Part shown: piece by piece, positions 12,818 through 27,066 of the stretch
Position numbering within the stretch: the stretch's first letter is position 1
Layout: every line of letters starts with the position of its first letter
NCBI GenBank assembly: GCA_951406725.2
Contig: OX597830.1
Span: 16,368,001 to 16,432,000 of the forward strand
DNA length: 64,000 bases
Origin: Octopus vulgaris
Taxonomy: Eukaryota
Direction of reading: 5' to 3'
Made by a program: the position numbers and the translations under genes
The notes under the pieces: generated by a model
Told to the model about the DNA's origin: nothing
The model's database searches: none
Seen by the model: the letters and a program-made list of their open reading frames with translations, nothing else

Positions 12818-13383
12818 CGATTTATATTTTGCAAATCAATGAGAAGAAATATTATTAATTGAAATGACCCTTTATTTTCATCGTTACGGAGTCAGGTACA
12901 AGTTCTTCAAGTTGTTTTTACACGATAATAATTTGCCGTTCTGTTATCCAGTTTGTAGGTAGCTAAATTCCTTTTTTGTTGACTGCTAAAAGACTGATAG
13001 AAAAGGAGTGAGAGAGAGAGAGAGAGAGTAAAAATAGTCTACTTCTTGGACTGATAAGTAGTTATGGTGAAAGCTGTATTGTAACGCGATGACAATCCAT
13101 AAGTGAAAAGAGAGAAAGCCATGCTCTTCGGATAGAACTGATTTTGGATTCTGTATTTATATTTTTTACTAACTAAATTAGATCAGGCTACGCAAAGGAT
13201 TTTCTGCTTCTAATCTGCCTGAACCCTATTCAACCTAAAAATGTTAACTCAATACAACTTAACTAATTGTGACAGTTGACTTCCATAAATTTCGAAGTGC
13301 AAAAGCAGAGAACAATAGGGAAGGAACTTATAGAAAAAATTAGATTCGGTTCGAATCTGGCTTAGAATCTAGAAAGCTATTCG

Positions 13384-13384
<1 letters not shown>

Positions 13385-13447
<63 letters not shown>

Positions 13448-13490
13448 TCACATAGATAGCTAGATAGCTAGATAGATGGATAGATAGATG

Positions 13491-13558
<68 letters not shown>

Positions 13559-13568
13559 TAGATAGATG

Positions 13569-13658
<90 letters not shown>
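13385..13658. repeat. (CA)n and (GATA)n microsatellites
   Basis: Directly visible. Confidence 0.95.
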
Positions 13659-14792
13659 CTTAATTATATAAGTTGCAAAAACATTACAAAAATATAACAA
13701 AAAAACTACTACTCATTTTCATGTTCCCGTTCGTCGAGCAGTTATGATCCAGAATGGAATAAGAATTTAGGTTATACGTATATTTTATATTATAATGTAA
13801 TTCACATTGACAGATACACATTTGAATTTGATTGGTCGTTTCAATTAACGATTTTTCAAAAGCAGTAAATATGAATAATAAAATAACAATAAAAATTAAA
13901 ATAGAAATAAAAATTAAAATAAAAGGCATTAATATCGTGTTGTTTAAAAACGAAGAAAAACTTAAATCAAAAAAATTAACGGTGTTAAATAGAAATCAAT
14001 TATAAAATTAAATTTAAAGTACTAAAATATTATTTTATGTAATATAAATTTGAATGTGAGGAATTTTTATATAGAATAACGGCAAAGCCAACTTTTGCGG
14101 AATTTAAATCAGAACTTAGTTACTGGGGAAATATCGCTAAACATTTTGCCCAACTCGCAAACACTACCAGCATCGCTGCTTTATTAACAATAATAATAAT
14201 GACAAAAAAATATAATGATAGTAATAATAGTAATAATAAAATAACAGTGGTTAATGGGATAATGAATTTTGGTTGGTATATTGACTTGGGTTACTATATC
14301 GATTATCAAATAACGACAGAAACAATCTAATCGTAGTTAGAAATCTGCCGACCAGCTAACCTTTCCACCTACTAGTATTCTCTGGTGAGCAAAGTTTACC
14401 TATACTAAAGACACCATGACTTAAACACAATTACAAAGTTTTACATGTTTAACTGGATTCTGAACAATAACCTCCATCTTCCCAAAACAAACAGGCTAAA
14501 TCTCCGAAATAGTGTTCAAATAACATCAGCAACAATTAAACCTAGCTGCACTTCTGCTGACCAACTTACCTGAAGCTAACATGCCTGAATAGAGGCGACT
14601 AATAACAATATTTTACACGCATGACTGATCTCTGAATAATAAAACAACTCCAAATTTAATCAATAAAAACACTCAATAATATCTTTCAGTCAGAACTTAC
14701 ACTACAACCTAATTATCATATAAAATAGCTCCATATATCTCAGGGAAAAAAATACGAGATGCTATATAAGATCAAGATGGATTCAGATTTAC

Positions 14793-14834
14793 CAGTCCGA
14801 TGTAGGCGATCAGGCCGAAACTTCAAAGTCACTG
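14793..14834 (+). ncRNA. Degenerate minimal hammerhead-like motif
   Basis: CAGT-CCGATGTA-GGC GATCAG GCC-GAAAC-TTCAAA-GTC-ACTG; stems I-III and GUC site present, core deviates from CUGAUGA. Confidence 0.35.
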
Positions 14835-14849
14835 TCACTAGTCTTCTTG

Positions 14850-15238
<389 letters not shown>

Positions 15239-15800
15239 TACGCATTATCGATTTCCTAAGATCCTTCTGCTTAGCGACTGTAATGATGCCTGATGGCTCA
15301 TCTCTAAATATACGGATGTTATAATATTGTCATTTGCTTAGGAAACTCCCTCCACTTACATCTGGATCAGGAGGTGATCACTGCTTAAATAGTATGAATA
15401 ATCGGCTTGAATTCAGTGCTCCTTCAGAACAGAGGAGGTGGTGGTGGTGGTGGTGGTGGTGGTGGTGGTTATTGTTGTTGATGGTGGTGATGTTTATCCC
15501 TAGGTTAGCTCTGATCCAGCCGTGACCATCACGTATTTGCTTTGTATGTAGAGAACCAGGTAGCAAATTATCCAATACCTCTTTTTCTAAGATAGTGATT
15601 TTTGTATATTCGATTTGATAAATATTTGATTGCTACATCTAGCAGGTTTAACAGCTACTTAAATGCTTCCTATTTGACTCATAATGATCATAAAATGGAG
15701 GTAAATTACGAAATTTATTATTTTTTAAATAATAAAGTTTAAGCTCATCAGTATCTCGGCCTTAAGGCACAACAGAATTCATTTGTCTTGTGCTATTAAT

Positions 15801-15844
<44 letters not shown>

Positions 15845-15918
15845 ACACATTAGTTTCAATAAGACCGTAATTTTTATTAAATCTACGACGACCACAGATA
15901 TATGAAAACAGTAGCCTG

Positions 15919-16215
15919 GGATCTTTTCCTTTTGAAGGGCAGTTTTCAACACAATTTCTAGTTAACTAAACACTTTTAAACTTCGTATACTGGTAGAATG
16001 TGTCAAAATAAAACATTTTTTTCTCTTGGCTTTCTTGAGAAAATTGTAATTTGTAAGTTTAACGTAGTTTAATTTTTCGAATTTTAACCAATCGATGGCC
16101 TCTATTTAGCTAAAATCATTTGCTGCGTCTAAAACTGAGACAACATCCTGTCACTGACCCTAACCCTAACCCTAACCCTACACTAACCCTAACCCTAACC
16201 CCAACCCTAACACTA
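15919..16215. mobile_element. Truncated variant of the GGATC-TIR MITE ending in expanded (CCCTAA)n
   Basis: One TIR present; degenerate CCCTAA array at about 16157-16212. Confidence 0.75.
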
Positions 16216-16217
16216 AC

Positions 16218-16625
16218 ACGGCTGTGTGGTAAGATACTTGCTTCCCACCCACATTGTTCTGGGTTCAGTCCTGCTACGTGGTACCTTCAGCAAGTGTTTT
16301 CTGTTATAGCTTCGAGGTAACCAAGGCCTTATGAGTGGATTTAGTAGACGGAAACTAAAAGAAGCCCATCGCGCATGTATGTGTGCGCGCGCATGTTGTG
16401 TGTGTGTGTGTGTGTGTCTTTGTGTATCTTTGTGTCTGTGTTTATCCCCCACCATCGCTTGATAACCGGTGTTATTTAGCGGTTCAGCAAAAGAAATCGA
16501 TAGAATAAGTACCAGGCTTTTGAAAAAATTAGTACTAAGATCGATTCATTCGACTAAAATTTTTTCAAGGCAGTGCCCCAGCATGGTCGCAGACTAATGA
16601 CTGAAACAGATTAAAGATAAAAGAA
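16218..16625 (+). mobile_element. SINE family S1, diverged
   Basis: ggctgtgtggtaag head and gagtggatttagtagacggaaact body. Confidence 0.8.
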
Positions 16626-16631
16626 TGACAG

Positions 16632-16667
<36 letters not shown>

Positions 16668-19600
16668 GATGATAGAGACTAACGCCCCTGTGTGATTACA
16701 TGATGGACTCATCGGACTCTTATAAAGCCTAACGTGTCTCGTTGAGGTAAAGAACTCGCTAGAGTTTCGTGTGTCGGTAGTCGGAAGCGAGTCTGTGAAT
16801 ACATTATTTTACCCCCCCCCCCCCCCCCCGGTTCCTTAAAATCGTATATCCGCAATCTAGGATATAAAAGTGGCCACAAGATATTCGAAGTTTGCGTCAG
16901 AAGGTCGAATTTTCTGGTACGAATCCAATGAAAAAATCGTTAACATGGAGGATTTGTTGGTCCGTATATAACAAGAGAATATAATAAATATTGCGACAAT
17001 CCGAGGCAATGGGAGGAATTTCAAGACTTCAAAAATGCTTTGAAGTTTTCTCCTGAGTATTACCAGAAACTTACAAAAAACGTCTTAAAACAACATCAAG
17101 TTTGTTGGCCATTTATGTTATTATTTTTATAAATATCATAAATGTTGAAACTTCAAAAAAAGTCACAGAGAAAGTCATTAACTTTACAATGACTGATTGT
17201 AAAGACGATTTTTCAAAACAATAACATCATGCAACCACCATACTTGAGAAGTCAGCATGTCTACTCTCCAGATCAGGATCAGGAATTTTTTCTGCTGAAA
17301 TAGAAATTCTGAGATAAATGACGTAGTGAATTATGCAGATAACGTCATCTATTTCATCCCCCGCAATTTTAATTGGTAATCTTACACCAAATGATTTTTC
17401 TAATTCAGGTGTTACTGCTGCCTCTCCATAGATAAACTTTCTCAGTTACACCTTTCGTGTAACAGATTTCTGATATTGTCAGTGATGTTGAAAGCAGGCA
17501 ATTACCAACCAAGCTATCCAATGTCCAGACACTTCAACATGTAAAGACATCTTAAGTATAAAATCAATCACAATAATGAAGAGGAAACGAAATAAAATGC
17601 TGCTTTATCCGACGATATTTCAGTCATTTTATTGGTTGATTTTAGGCCGCAGCCTAAGTTTTATATTGTGATTTAAGTATGTTGGTTAAAACACAAAGGA
17701 AATTCTGTTGTAACGAAATATTTCCTGCTTGGACAAGTATTGAATATTATCAAAGGACATTTTCTTGAGTTAGCACCATTAATGATTATTTTCCTTTGAT
17801 CAGTTATGTTAGGCAACATAAAATCTATTATTCAAATCTTATTTATTCTTCGCAGATACAAAACTCTCACTAGAATCCAAAATGTATTGTTTTTTATTAC
17901 AGTTAAATGACTGTTTGGCGAAATCTGTAAATAAAAACTTCTTCAGAAGACACCCTCACTGAATATTAAAACGGTCATCAGGAGATATATATTTGTTTCA
18001 GTCAGAATAAAAATTTTTAATATGTCGGATATTGCTAAACATATGAGACTGGCTTAAAGTAAGAACTATATTCCATATATGAGTAGCTAAACATAATTTT
18101 CTCGGTCTTTAGTAATTTCCATATTTGTTTTTCATGCCAGGTGTACTTCCTACATGAACAAAATTTCTACACTATTCCCCATCAATTATCTGTATACTAA
18201 CTTTTTTCTTCTTTTTAATTCGTCTTTGGAACATTTGAACTGGTTTCCCTCAAGATCACATACACTTCTGCAATCAATGTTTGTTTAATTACTTTTTCTT
18301 CAGATCCGTTAGAATCCTTGTTTTTATATTTGTATTGATTTATTAGAATTATCTCTTGGTTAGAACTTTGAACTGTCTACTTATTGAACAGGTTCCCAGT
18401 CACTCCGTTGAACCATTTATCATTGTGCGGCCCTTCATATTTACCAACATAATTTTCAATCTTTATAGTTTCTATCATCTTAAAGAATTATCAATTCTGT
18501 TCTCTTCCACATCTTCAGACTGAGTAAATAATGTCTAAAGCTGGGTCACGGTTTAATTGTTCTTCAACTTATCTACACCGAAAGTCTTTGTTGATTCTTG
18601 AGCATGCTAAACTTCAAGAAATTTCTATTGAATTTTAATATCAAGTGAATAACTTTCGATTCTGATATTTGTAAAAAGATACTAAATGTTACAACGTACC
18701 ATTATGCTGGCAACAAAATATGCAGATTTTTCAAAGAAATTGTAATATTCTTTTAATGCGATCGAATTTTTCTGAAGAACGAGAAAATTTAACTACCAAA
18801 ATCATAACAATGACAGAGATAATAAAGACCGTCATCATTTTGTGTGTGAGATAAAAAAGCAGGAATTTTATTCTGTTTAGTTAATGTGTTGGTCATTAGA
18901 AATATTCTATTCAAATATTATTTGATCTTCCGTAAACAAGGAAATGGTGAGAAAATTACAAATCGTTTCACATAAAAACTTTGTTTAACTATTTCTATAA
19001 AATCCACAATAACTTGACTTCATTAAGATTACACATGAATATGGAAATATTCGTTGTTGAACGATGTTTAGCAAAAACAAAAGCAAGGGCGACAATCGAT
19101 ACATCAGCGTTCCAGTTAATTGAATTTGGAAATAAGTAGTAATGAGGTGAGGGATGATGTTAGTCTGATTTTTAGCAGATCGTGTGACATAGAAAGGGCA
19201 CAACAGTTTGAATATGCAAGTGGATAGCGGTAGCGAGTTAATCTTAATATTCTAAGTAACTTTCAAATACTTATTAGTAAACCAGAACGTCTTGAAAGCC
19301 ATCAGCAACTTCGTTAATTTTATGGTTCGACAGTGAAGCCATTAGACCTATTTTTAAGCCTCTTGGAACAGGCTACCGTTTTCATTTATACCTGTGGTCG
19401 TCGTAGATTTAATAAAAATTACGGTCTTGTTGAAACTAATGTGTGTGTGTGTGTGTGTGTGTAAAATATCAATAGCACAAGACAAATGAATTCTGTTGTG
19501 CTTTAAGGCCGAAGATACTGATAATCTTTATTAACTGTTTTAATGAAATGTGTTAGTAATTCATGAAGGACTTCACATCTATACAGTTGTGTCAATATTT

Positions 19601-19920
19601 ATGCAGTGTTCACAGCCACACAGTAACATTAACACAGTCCGAGAATAAAGCAGTAATAGCAACAAGGCATACATGGGTTCGAACACAGCTACCTTTCTAG
19701 AAAATAAATGGGATGCAAATATTTTTATCTGACCATTACGGCTTCTAACGAGGTGATTCGGAAAAATTCCGGTCTAAGCCCTGTAAAAAAACTCGGAAGG
19801 CTGGGCCCCCAGCCAGGCCTTTTGCGACACCCTTAAAGTCAGGAACTTTTCAATATCTCTTCGTACGCCTATTAGAAAATGTATCTTATATTTTACTCTG
19901 TCTTTCTTTTAATATTTCAG

Positions 19921-20014
19921 ATAAATGCGCTAAAAATCAAGCCCTATTCTTTTTAAGCTTCGTTAAGTGTGAAAAAGATGGATCGTTCGCCCGTGTACAG
20001 TGTTCAGACAGCCT
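19921..20014 (+). CDS. Gene A coding exon 2: TY domain 1, N-half (NKCAKNQALFFLSFVKCEKDGSFARVQCSDSL)
   Basis: Polypyrimidine tttcag acceptor, CT|gtaagc donor, 94 nt, phase 1 to 2; CxxDGxF..QC motif; same length as exon 5. Confidence 0.9.
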
Positions 20015-20042
20015 GTAAGCAAAATAAGTTCAATATCTGTAT

Positions 20043-20539
<497 letters not shown>

Positions 20540-21023
20540 CTATATTTGTTCCACGTCCTCGCGTTGTTGTGTTTTTTTTGTGTTTTCTTGTTTGGATTAA
20601 CTATATACATATATACTTTTATTCTTTTACTTGTTTCCGTCATTTGACTGCGGCCATACACTCACACAAAAAAAAAGATTAGCTACGAGAAATAACTCAG
20701 TGACTAATGGCATGTATTTGAACAGCAGATAAATATAGATGTATCAAATACCATACAGCATAAATTTCTATATCTAAAATTATCTCGGCCTCTAGTTGAT
20801 GTCTCATAATTACAAAATGTTAAGACCACCTCTAAATGAGACGGGAAGATAATCTCAAGTATCAATAATTCGCCTAGGTTGACATACTAAGTAGTTAAGG
20901 GACAGGATTATAGTCTGGACATAACCCAGAGAGTAGTGTTTCTGCCTCAGTATGTGTCATCAGCACCAAAATTGTCCAGCATTACCTCTAGTGCCCAAGG
21001 GACTAGTGCCCTATGGTAAAAGA

Positions 21024-21177
21024 GTAGGACATTTTTATGTCGTTGGACATTTTTATGTCGTAGGACACTTTTATGTCGTAGGACATTTTTATGTCGTTGG
21101 ACATTTTTATGTCGTAGGACACTTTTATGTCGTAGGACATTTTTATGTCGTAGGACACTTTTATGTCGTAGGACATT
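21024..21177. repeat. 18-bp minisatellite (GTAGGACATTTTTATGTC) x about 8.5
   Basis: Directly visible, with three unit variants. Confidence 0.95.
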
Positions 21178-21306
21178 AGCATAGTTTAAACAAAAATTGA
21201 TCCAAAGAAATAAGTTCATATACATTCCATTAGCGAATTTATGAACATATACAGCTATGTCAAATAGAATAGGACAGAACTTTTTGATTTATTAAAATTC
21301 ACTCTA

Positions 21307-21735
21307 CAGTTTTTTCTAGAGGTGTCATATGAAATTGTCACCCATAATTATGACCCTAGTATCGATCTATTGCATTTCAATCTTTTTTAGGGTTAGGGTT
21401 AGTTAGGGTTAGGGTTAGTTAGGGTTAGGGTTAGGGGTGGGGGAAGGGTATCTTTTTTTTCTTCACAAATGTAAATAAACTCAATCTGTTTCTTAAATGA
21501 GGGACATATTCATACGGCACAGAATGTTTTTTACCTCAATAGACGTCAGTGATTGGTTGAAATTGCAGAAATTGGAGAGAAAAAACCAGCAAATATCTTA
21601 CAAACTGTAGAATTTTCTCAATAAAGCCAAGAGAAAAAGATGTTTTATAAACACATTCTACCAGTATACGAAGTTTAAAATTTTTTAGTTACCTAGAAAT
21701 TATGTTAAAAATTGCCGTTCAAACCGAAAAGATCC
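21307..21735. mobile_element. GGATC-TIR MITE, left end truncated, with (TTAGGG)n
   Basis: Right TIR ccgttcaaaccgaaaagatcc; body matches the family. Confidence 0.88.
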
Positions 21736-21884
21736 AGAAATTGTTGAAGAACCACTACTCTTCAAACGTAACCCTGCCTAAAAATAAAACCCTTTTCTGT
21801 ACATTACTGACTCTCATTTGTCGCACTTGCCATAAAGGATGCTATGAACCAGTGATCGGCCCGTTTTAAACTTGTTCACGCGGC

Positions 21885-23120
21885 TAGCATTTTCGAGGGG
21901 GTGGAGTAATAGACTACATCAACCCCAGTGCTTCACTGGTACTTATTTTAACTGACCAACTGAAAGGAAAAGTTAACCTTGGCAGAATTTGAACTCACAA
22001 CGTAAAGAGCCGGAAGAAATGACGATAATCATTTTATCCTGTGCGGTAACAATTCTGCCAGCTCGCCGCCTTTCACAAACTACAATTTAAAATATTTTAG
22101 ATATATAAATAAAATTTATGAATGTTCCTTTTGGATGTTGTTAAATTTATTCCAACAACATGAAGTATTTCAAATTTTCACCTGATTATTTTCAAAAACT
22201 GTGGTTTTGATGTAGTTTTGCAAACTGATGAAGAAAATTGATTTTTTTTTTTCTTGTCTTTGTAGAAATAAAAAAGTTACAAGCATTTAAAATTATATAA
22301 TTTTAGCCAATCGAAAACCTCCATTGCTGATGTATACACAATGAAGACAAAATCTTTACGTGTCTCTCAACCTGCTAGAAATAGCAGCCCAAACTTCCTT
22401 AAACTACACGATAACGTCTTAAAAACAAAAAGGATGACAGAGTATATGATGTTGTTCGGGCAGACTTCTGCTGAGTCTCTTAATTTTGTCATTCATTATT
22501 AGGGCACCATTGCATCATAATGCGGTCCTAAATTCACAGCAACTCTAAACATGCCTGTTAGATGTAATCATATACTAATCGATAAGAAAAACATACTCAG
22601 CGTGTTTCAGAGCAGTGTTTGTAATATATACACACATTTTAATTTTGGTTTCAAATTTTGGCACAAGGCCAGCAATATTGAGGGAGAGGGTAAGTCAATT
22701 ACATCAATCCTCAGTACTCAACTGGTACTTATTTTATCGACCGTGAAAGGATGAAAAGCAAAGTCGACCTCGGAGGAATTTGAACTCAGAACATAAAGAC
22801 AGACGAAATGCCGCTAAGCATTTTGCCCGGCGTGCTAACGATTCTGCCAGGTTCCCTCATTTTTGTTTTTTTTATAACATTCAATATTACAAAACTAGCG
22901 GATTATAAGGGAGCGAGCTGGCAGGACCGTTAGCAAGTCGGATAAAATTCTTAGCGGCATTTCGTTCGACTTTACGTTCTGTGTTCAAATAACGCCAAAG
23001 TCAACATTGTATTTCATCCTTTCGGGGTCGATAAGACAAATATCTGTTGAACATTAGGATCGATTTAATTGACTTAGCCCCTCCCCCAAAACCGTGGGCC
23101 TTGTACTGAAATTTGAAATC
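21885..23120. mobile_element. Three diverged S2-type SINEs (about 21885-22072 -, 22640-22850 -, 22910-23120 +)
   Basis: ggaatttgaactcagaac and catcctttcggggtcgat blocks. Confidence 0.75.
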
Positions 23121-23693
23121 AATATTACAAAATTGATGTAAGTCATTTCAACAAACTGATTTCAATTCAGCTTTCCTGGATAAAACCCAAGACAGGAAAC
23201 ATTTATAAAGTTCGTAAATGCTTTGGAATACAACGTTGTATTACTGAAATTATAGGATACGGTTTTTTTAAATTCTGGGAACTGTTTACCAAACTGGGCA
23301 ACTATTTCTGTTTTCAATAAAGAATCTACTTGGGCAATCACTAAAAACAGCGACTCGATTTTCCTCTAATCACACCCTTTTTATGAACCCATTTAACGAC
23401 GTGCCTTTAGGCATTCAAAAAGACATAATGGTCACAGGTATAATGTCTTTGGTAATAAACCTACCTGATCTAAAAGAAAAAAATTACTATGAATTCGGCT
23501 TACTTTTTTCAATAATTGTTCTCAACTCCCAGAATTAAGGTCTAATTTATAATTGGAACACTCACATCTTAGAAAGGTTGTTTTCTAAAAAGAATTTAAA
23601 ATCTTTTCCTCGGTTAATATATGCTCGCACCTAATTGACTTGCATGTTGTAAGAGGAAACTACTTTAATATAAAGTTTTTTTCTTAATAACAG

Positions 23694-23773
23694 CTGCGTT
23701 TGTGTTACAAATGATGGACACTTGATTGAGGACCTTACTGTTGACAAGGCGTTTGAGGCAAGCTTGACTTGCA
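23694..23773 (+). CDS. Gene A coding exon 3: TY domain 1, C-half (CVCVTNDGHLIEDLTVDKAFEASLTC)
   Basis: ttttttcttaataacag acceptor, A|gtaagt donor, 80 nt, phase 2 to 1, compatible with exon 2; CxCV..G motif. Confidence 0.9.
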
Positions 23774-24035
23774 GTAAGTAGATTTCAAGGCAATTCTCCT
23801 GTAGATACAGAAATAAAGACCCAATCTCCTTCCTTAAGAAAATTTTATATTGACATCGATCTCCGTATTCCATATCCTTACTACAAAGTCTTCTCGGGTG
23901 TTGAAACGATATCCCACTTGGTTACTAAACATAATCAACAATCTTTTAAATCACCCCCTAGTGTCTTAAAAACAGAATGGCTCTTTACGTAATCTACTCC
24001 TACACGCCATAAGAAGACGGTGTAGTCACGGCTAG

Positions 24036-24424
24036 TGGAGGCGCAATGGCCCAGTGGTTAGGGCAGCGGACACGCGGTCATAGGATCGCGGTTTCGATTC
24101 CCAGACCGGGCGTTGTGAGTGTTTATTGAGCGAAAACACCTAAAAGCTCCACGAGGCTCCGGCAGGGGACGGTGGTGATCCCTGCTGTACTCTTTCACCA
24201 CAACTTTCTCTCACTCTTACTTCCTGTTTCTGTTGTACCTGTATTTCAAAGGGCCGGCCTTGTCACTCTCTGTGTCACGCTGAATATCCCCGAGAACTAC
24301 GTTAAGGGTACACGTGTCTGTGGAGTGCTCAGCCACTTACACGTTAATTTCACGAGCAGGCTGTTCCGTTGATTCAGATCAACCGGAACCCTCGTCGTCG
24401 TAACCGACGGAGTGCTTCCATCCC
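24036..24424 (+). mobile_element. SINE family S3, tail type A
   Basis: tRNA-like head ggaggcgcaatggcccagtggttagggc; 12-bp TSD agtcacggctag. Confidence 0.92.
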
Positions 24425-25444
24425 AGTCACGGCTAGAATGCTTTTCATCGAAGATTTGCTGGAACAGTGTTGAACTTGGTCTAAATCACAGCAGGTATTA
24501 GAGTTAAAGACTTAATTCAAATCCAGATAAATGTGCTTTGATTTTTATCAGGCAGGATCGTTAGCACGCCCGGCAAAATATTTATCGGCATTTTACCTGG
24601 CCTTACGTTCTGAGTTCAAATTCCGGCGAGGTCGACTTTGCTTTTCATCCTTTCAGGGTCGATAAAATAAGTATCATTTGAGTACTTGGGGTCGATGTAA
24701 TCGACTGGCCCCTTGCCCCGAAATTCCAGGCTTTGTGCTTATAGCAGAAAGGAATTATATACGGTTTAATCAGACGCATATTTTTATTTAGCTTAATCAG
24801 ATGAAAGAAAGCTCTTTGCAGGTCTACTAGGACTTATAAGATTGTAAGTATATACCATGGCAAAGTACATTATTTGCCATAATCATAATTATCTGACATT
24901 AATTACCAGGCATGGTTATATAATTAAGTTCGCTACATAACCATGGCCCCATTGCGTAGTACCCTGGGTCAACCAATACCTCGGATCAGTCAACGCCTTG
25001 TAAGTCAAATTTGGCAAACAAAAATTGTCCAGTCAAGCACGGAATTCCATCGTGCTTGTGCGTATATATACTTATCAATCGAACTCTTTCTCGAAGAGCT
25101 AAGTTATGAATCAATGGCTGTTAAGCGACAGATAAACGTAAGCTATTTAATAGCCAATGGCGCCTGACTTAGCAATTCAACAAAAAGAAATCGATTCGAT
25201 GAAATTAGTTCAGAGGTCGGTATGATCAACTAATCCCTTCAATACGGCCACGATCGAATGACTAAAACCAGCAAAAGAATTGAAGAATATACCTATTTAT
25301 TGGTAAATTGATGTTAGGCTGCGTTAATAAGCAGTAAAAGTTCTGTTGGATACAATTTTTGATCTGTAATTTTTAACAACTTGTGTGTGTAATGTTGATA
25401 GATTTATAGATCCATCTAACTTTATTACAGAAAAATTGATACCT

Positions 25445-25861
25445 GGATCTTTTCGGTTTGAACGGCAGTTTTTTCTAGCAATGTCATATGAAATTGTCAC
25501 CCATAATTATGACCCTAGTATCGATCTATTGCATTTCAATCTCTTTTAGAGTTAGGGTTAGGGGTGGGGGAAGGGTATCTTTTTTTTCTTCACAAATGTA
25601 AATAAACCCAATCTGTTTCTTAAACGAGAGACATATTCATACGGCACAGAATGCTTTTTAACTCAATAGACGTCAGTGATTGGTTGAAATTGCAGAAATT
25701 GAAGAAAAAAAACAACAAATATCTTACAAACCATAGAATTTTCTCAATAAAGCCAAGAGAAAAAGATGTTTTATAAACACATTCTACCAGTATACGAAGT
25801 TTAAAATTTTTTAATTACCTAGAAATTATGTTAAAAACTGCCGTTCAAACCGAAAAGATCC
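25445..25861. mobile_element. GGATC-TIR MITE
   Basis: Both TIRs; 8-bp TSD tgatacct. Confidence 0.93.
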
Positions 25862-26195
25862 TGATACCTTTCTTTTTTTTTTTTTTCTTAACCCATGTTA
25901 AACATAAATTCCAAGCTCCCGAAATAATACAGCAAATTTTATTTAATATCTCAGATAAATCCTTGTCAGGTGTTTTCTGTTTAGCTCCACGTTGAACAGG
26001 TAACCACACTAACTTTAAAAAAAAATCTAACATTCCACAGTACATGGATTAACGCATACTTTCGCAGTATAGAAACTAAATATAATTGATCTGCCTAAAT
26101 TATGTTTTAAATCTATCGATCATTGGTGTCATTGGTCAAAATTATTCACTATATCTGGCTTCTTTTTTCTTTTCCTTTATTTATTATTTTTCAAG

Positions 26196-26381
26196 ACTGT
26201 GCTGTTGACAAAAAAGAAAGCCAGCTGAGAGGAGATCGATCAAAAATCTATTGGTGTCAGAAAAACGGCAATTATAGGGAAATCCAATGTCAAGGTAGCA
26301 GATGTTACTGCGTAAATCCTCGAGGAATTCAGAAAGGAATTGGTGTGCATCTTATAAGACTTAATCAACTTCTGTGTTCTG
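26196..26381 (+). CDS. Gene A coding exon 4: complete TY domain 2 with RGD (CAVDKKESQLRGDRSKIYWCQKNGNYREIQCQGSRCYCVNPRG...LLCS)
   Basis: tttttcaag acceptor, G|gtaaga donor, 186 nt, phase 1 to 1; six Cys, NGNY..QC..CYCV..G. Confidence 0.93.
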
Positions 26382-27066
26382 GTAAGAAGAAACACTTATT
26401 TACTAAACTATAATATTCAGAAGTGATATGGCTGTGTAAATGAGTTTACAGGTGATAGGTTACAGGACTTCTCTTTTTCTTTTTACTCGTTTACACATTA
26501 GACTGTGGCCATGGGGAGGCACTGCCTTGAGACAATTTTAGTAAAAGCTCACTCCAGTATTTATATCTTTTACCGACACCGCTAAGTTATGGGAACGTAA
26601 ACACACCAACACCGATTGTCAAGCGGCCGTGGGGGACAGACATGGACACGAAAACACAAATACAGATTTATATGATGGGCTCCTTTCAGCTTCAACCTAC
26701 CAAATTCACTCACAATGCTTTGATAGGCCTAAAGTTATAGTAACCAAGGTGCCACGTAGTGGGACTGAACTTGAAACCATGTGGTTGGGAAGCAAACTTC
26801 TTACCACACAGCCACGCCTGCGCCGTGGATATTTCAATGGACATCTTGCGATATTTATTTCTCTGCATCTCATTTAAATTTTTCGGAAATGTATTTGATT
26901 GGTAAGTAGATTGATCTGAGTTTGTTCATTAAAACTGAAATAGTTACATCGTGAGAAATAATCACATCGTGACCAGCCATTTGAAATATAGCCGAGTGAT
27001 TATGGAGTACGATTCGCAATCATATGTCAGGTGACATTTACTTTAGCTTCAAGTCGATTCAAGCCT

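Noticed and set aside
16157-16212. True telomere or chromosome-fusion scar
   Set aside because: Short CCCTAA tracts always lie inside the MITE family
21024-21177. CRISPR-like array or VVGHFY repeat protein
   Set aside because: No unique spacers, eukaryotic context, simple minisatellite
24036-24115. tRNA genes at SINE heads
   Set aside because: A/B boxes run into SINE bodies with TSDs; not standalone tRNAs
26123-26195. Hydrophobic N-termini of ORFs 26123-26413 and 39617-39853 as signal peptides of single-exon genes
   Set aside because: They are translated polypyrimidine tracts with non-ATG starts; acceptors at 26195 and 39668 join upstream exons in frame
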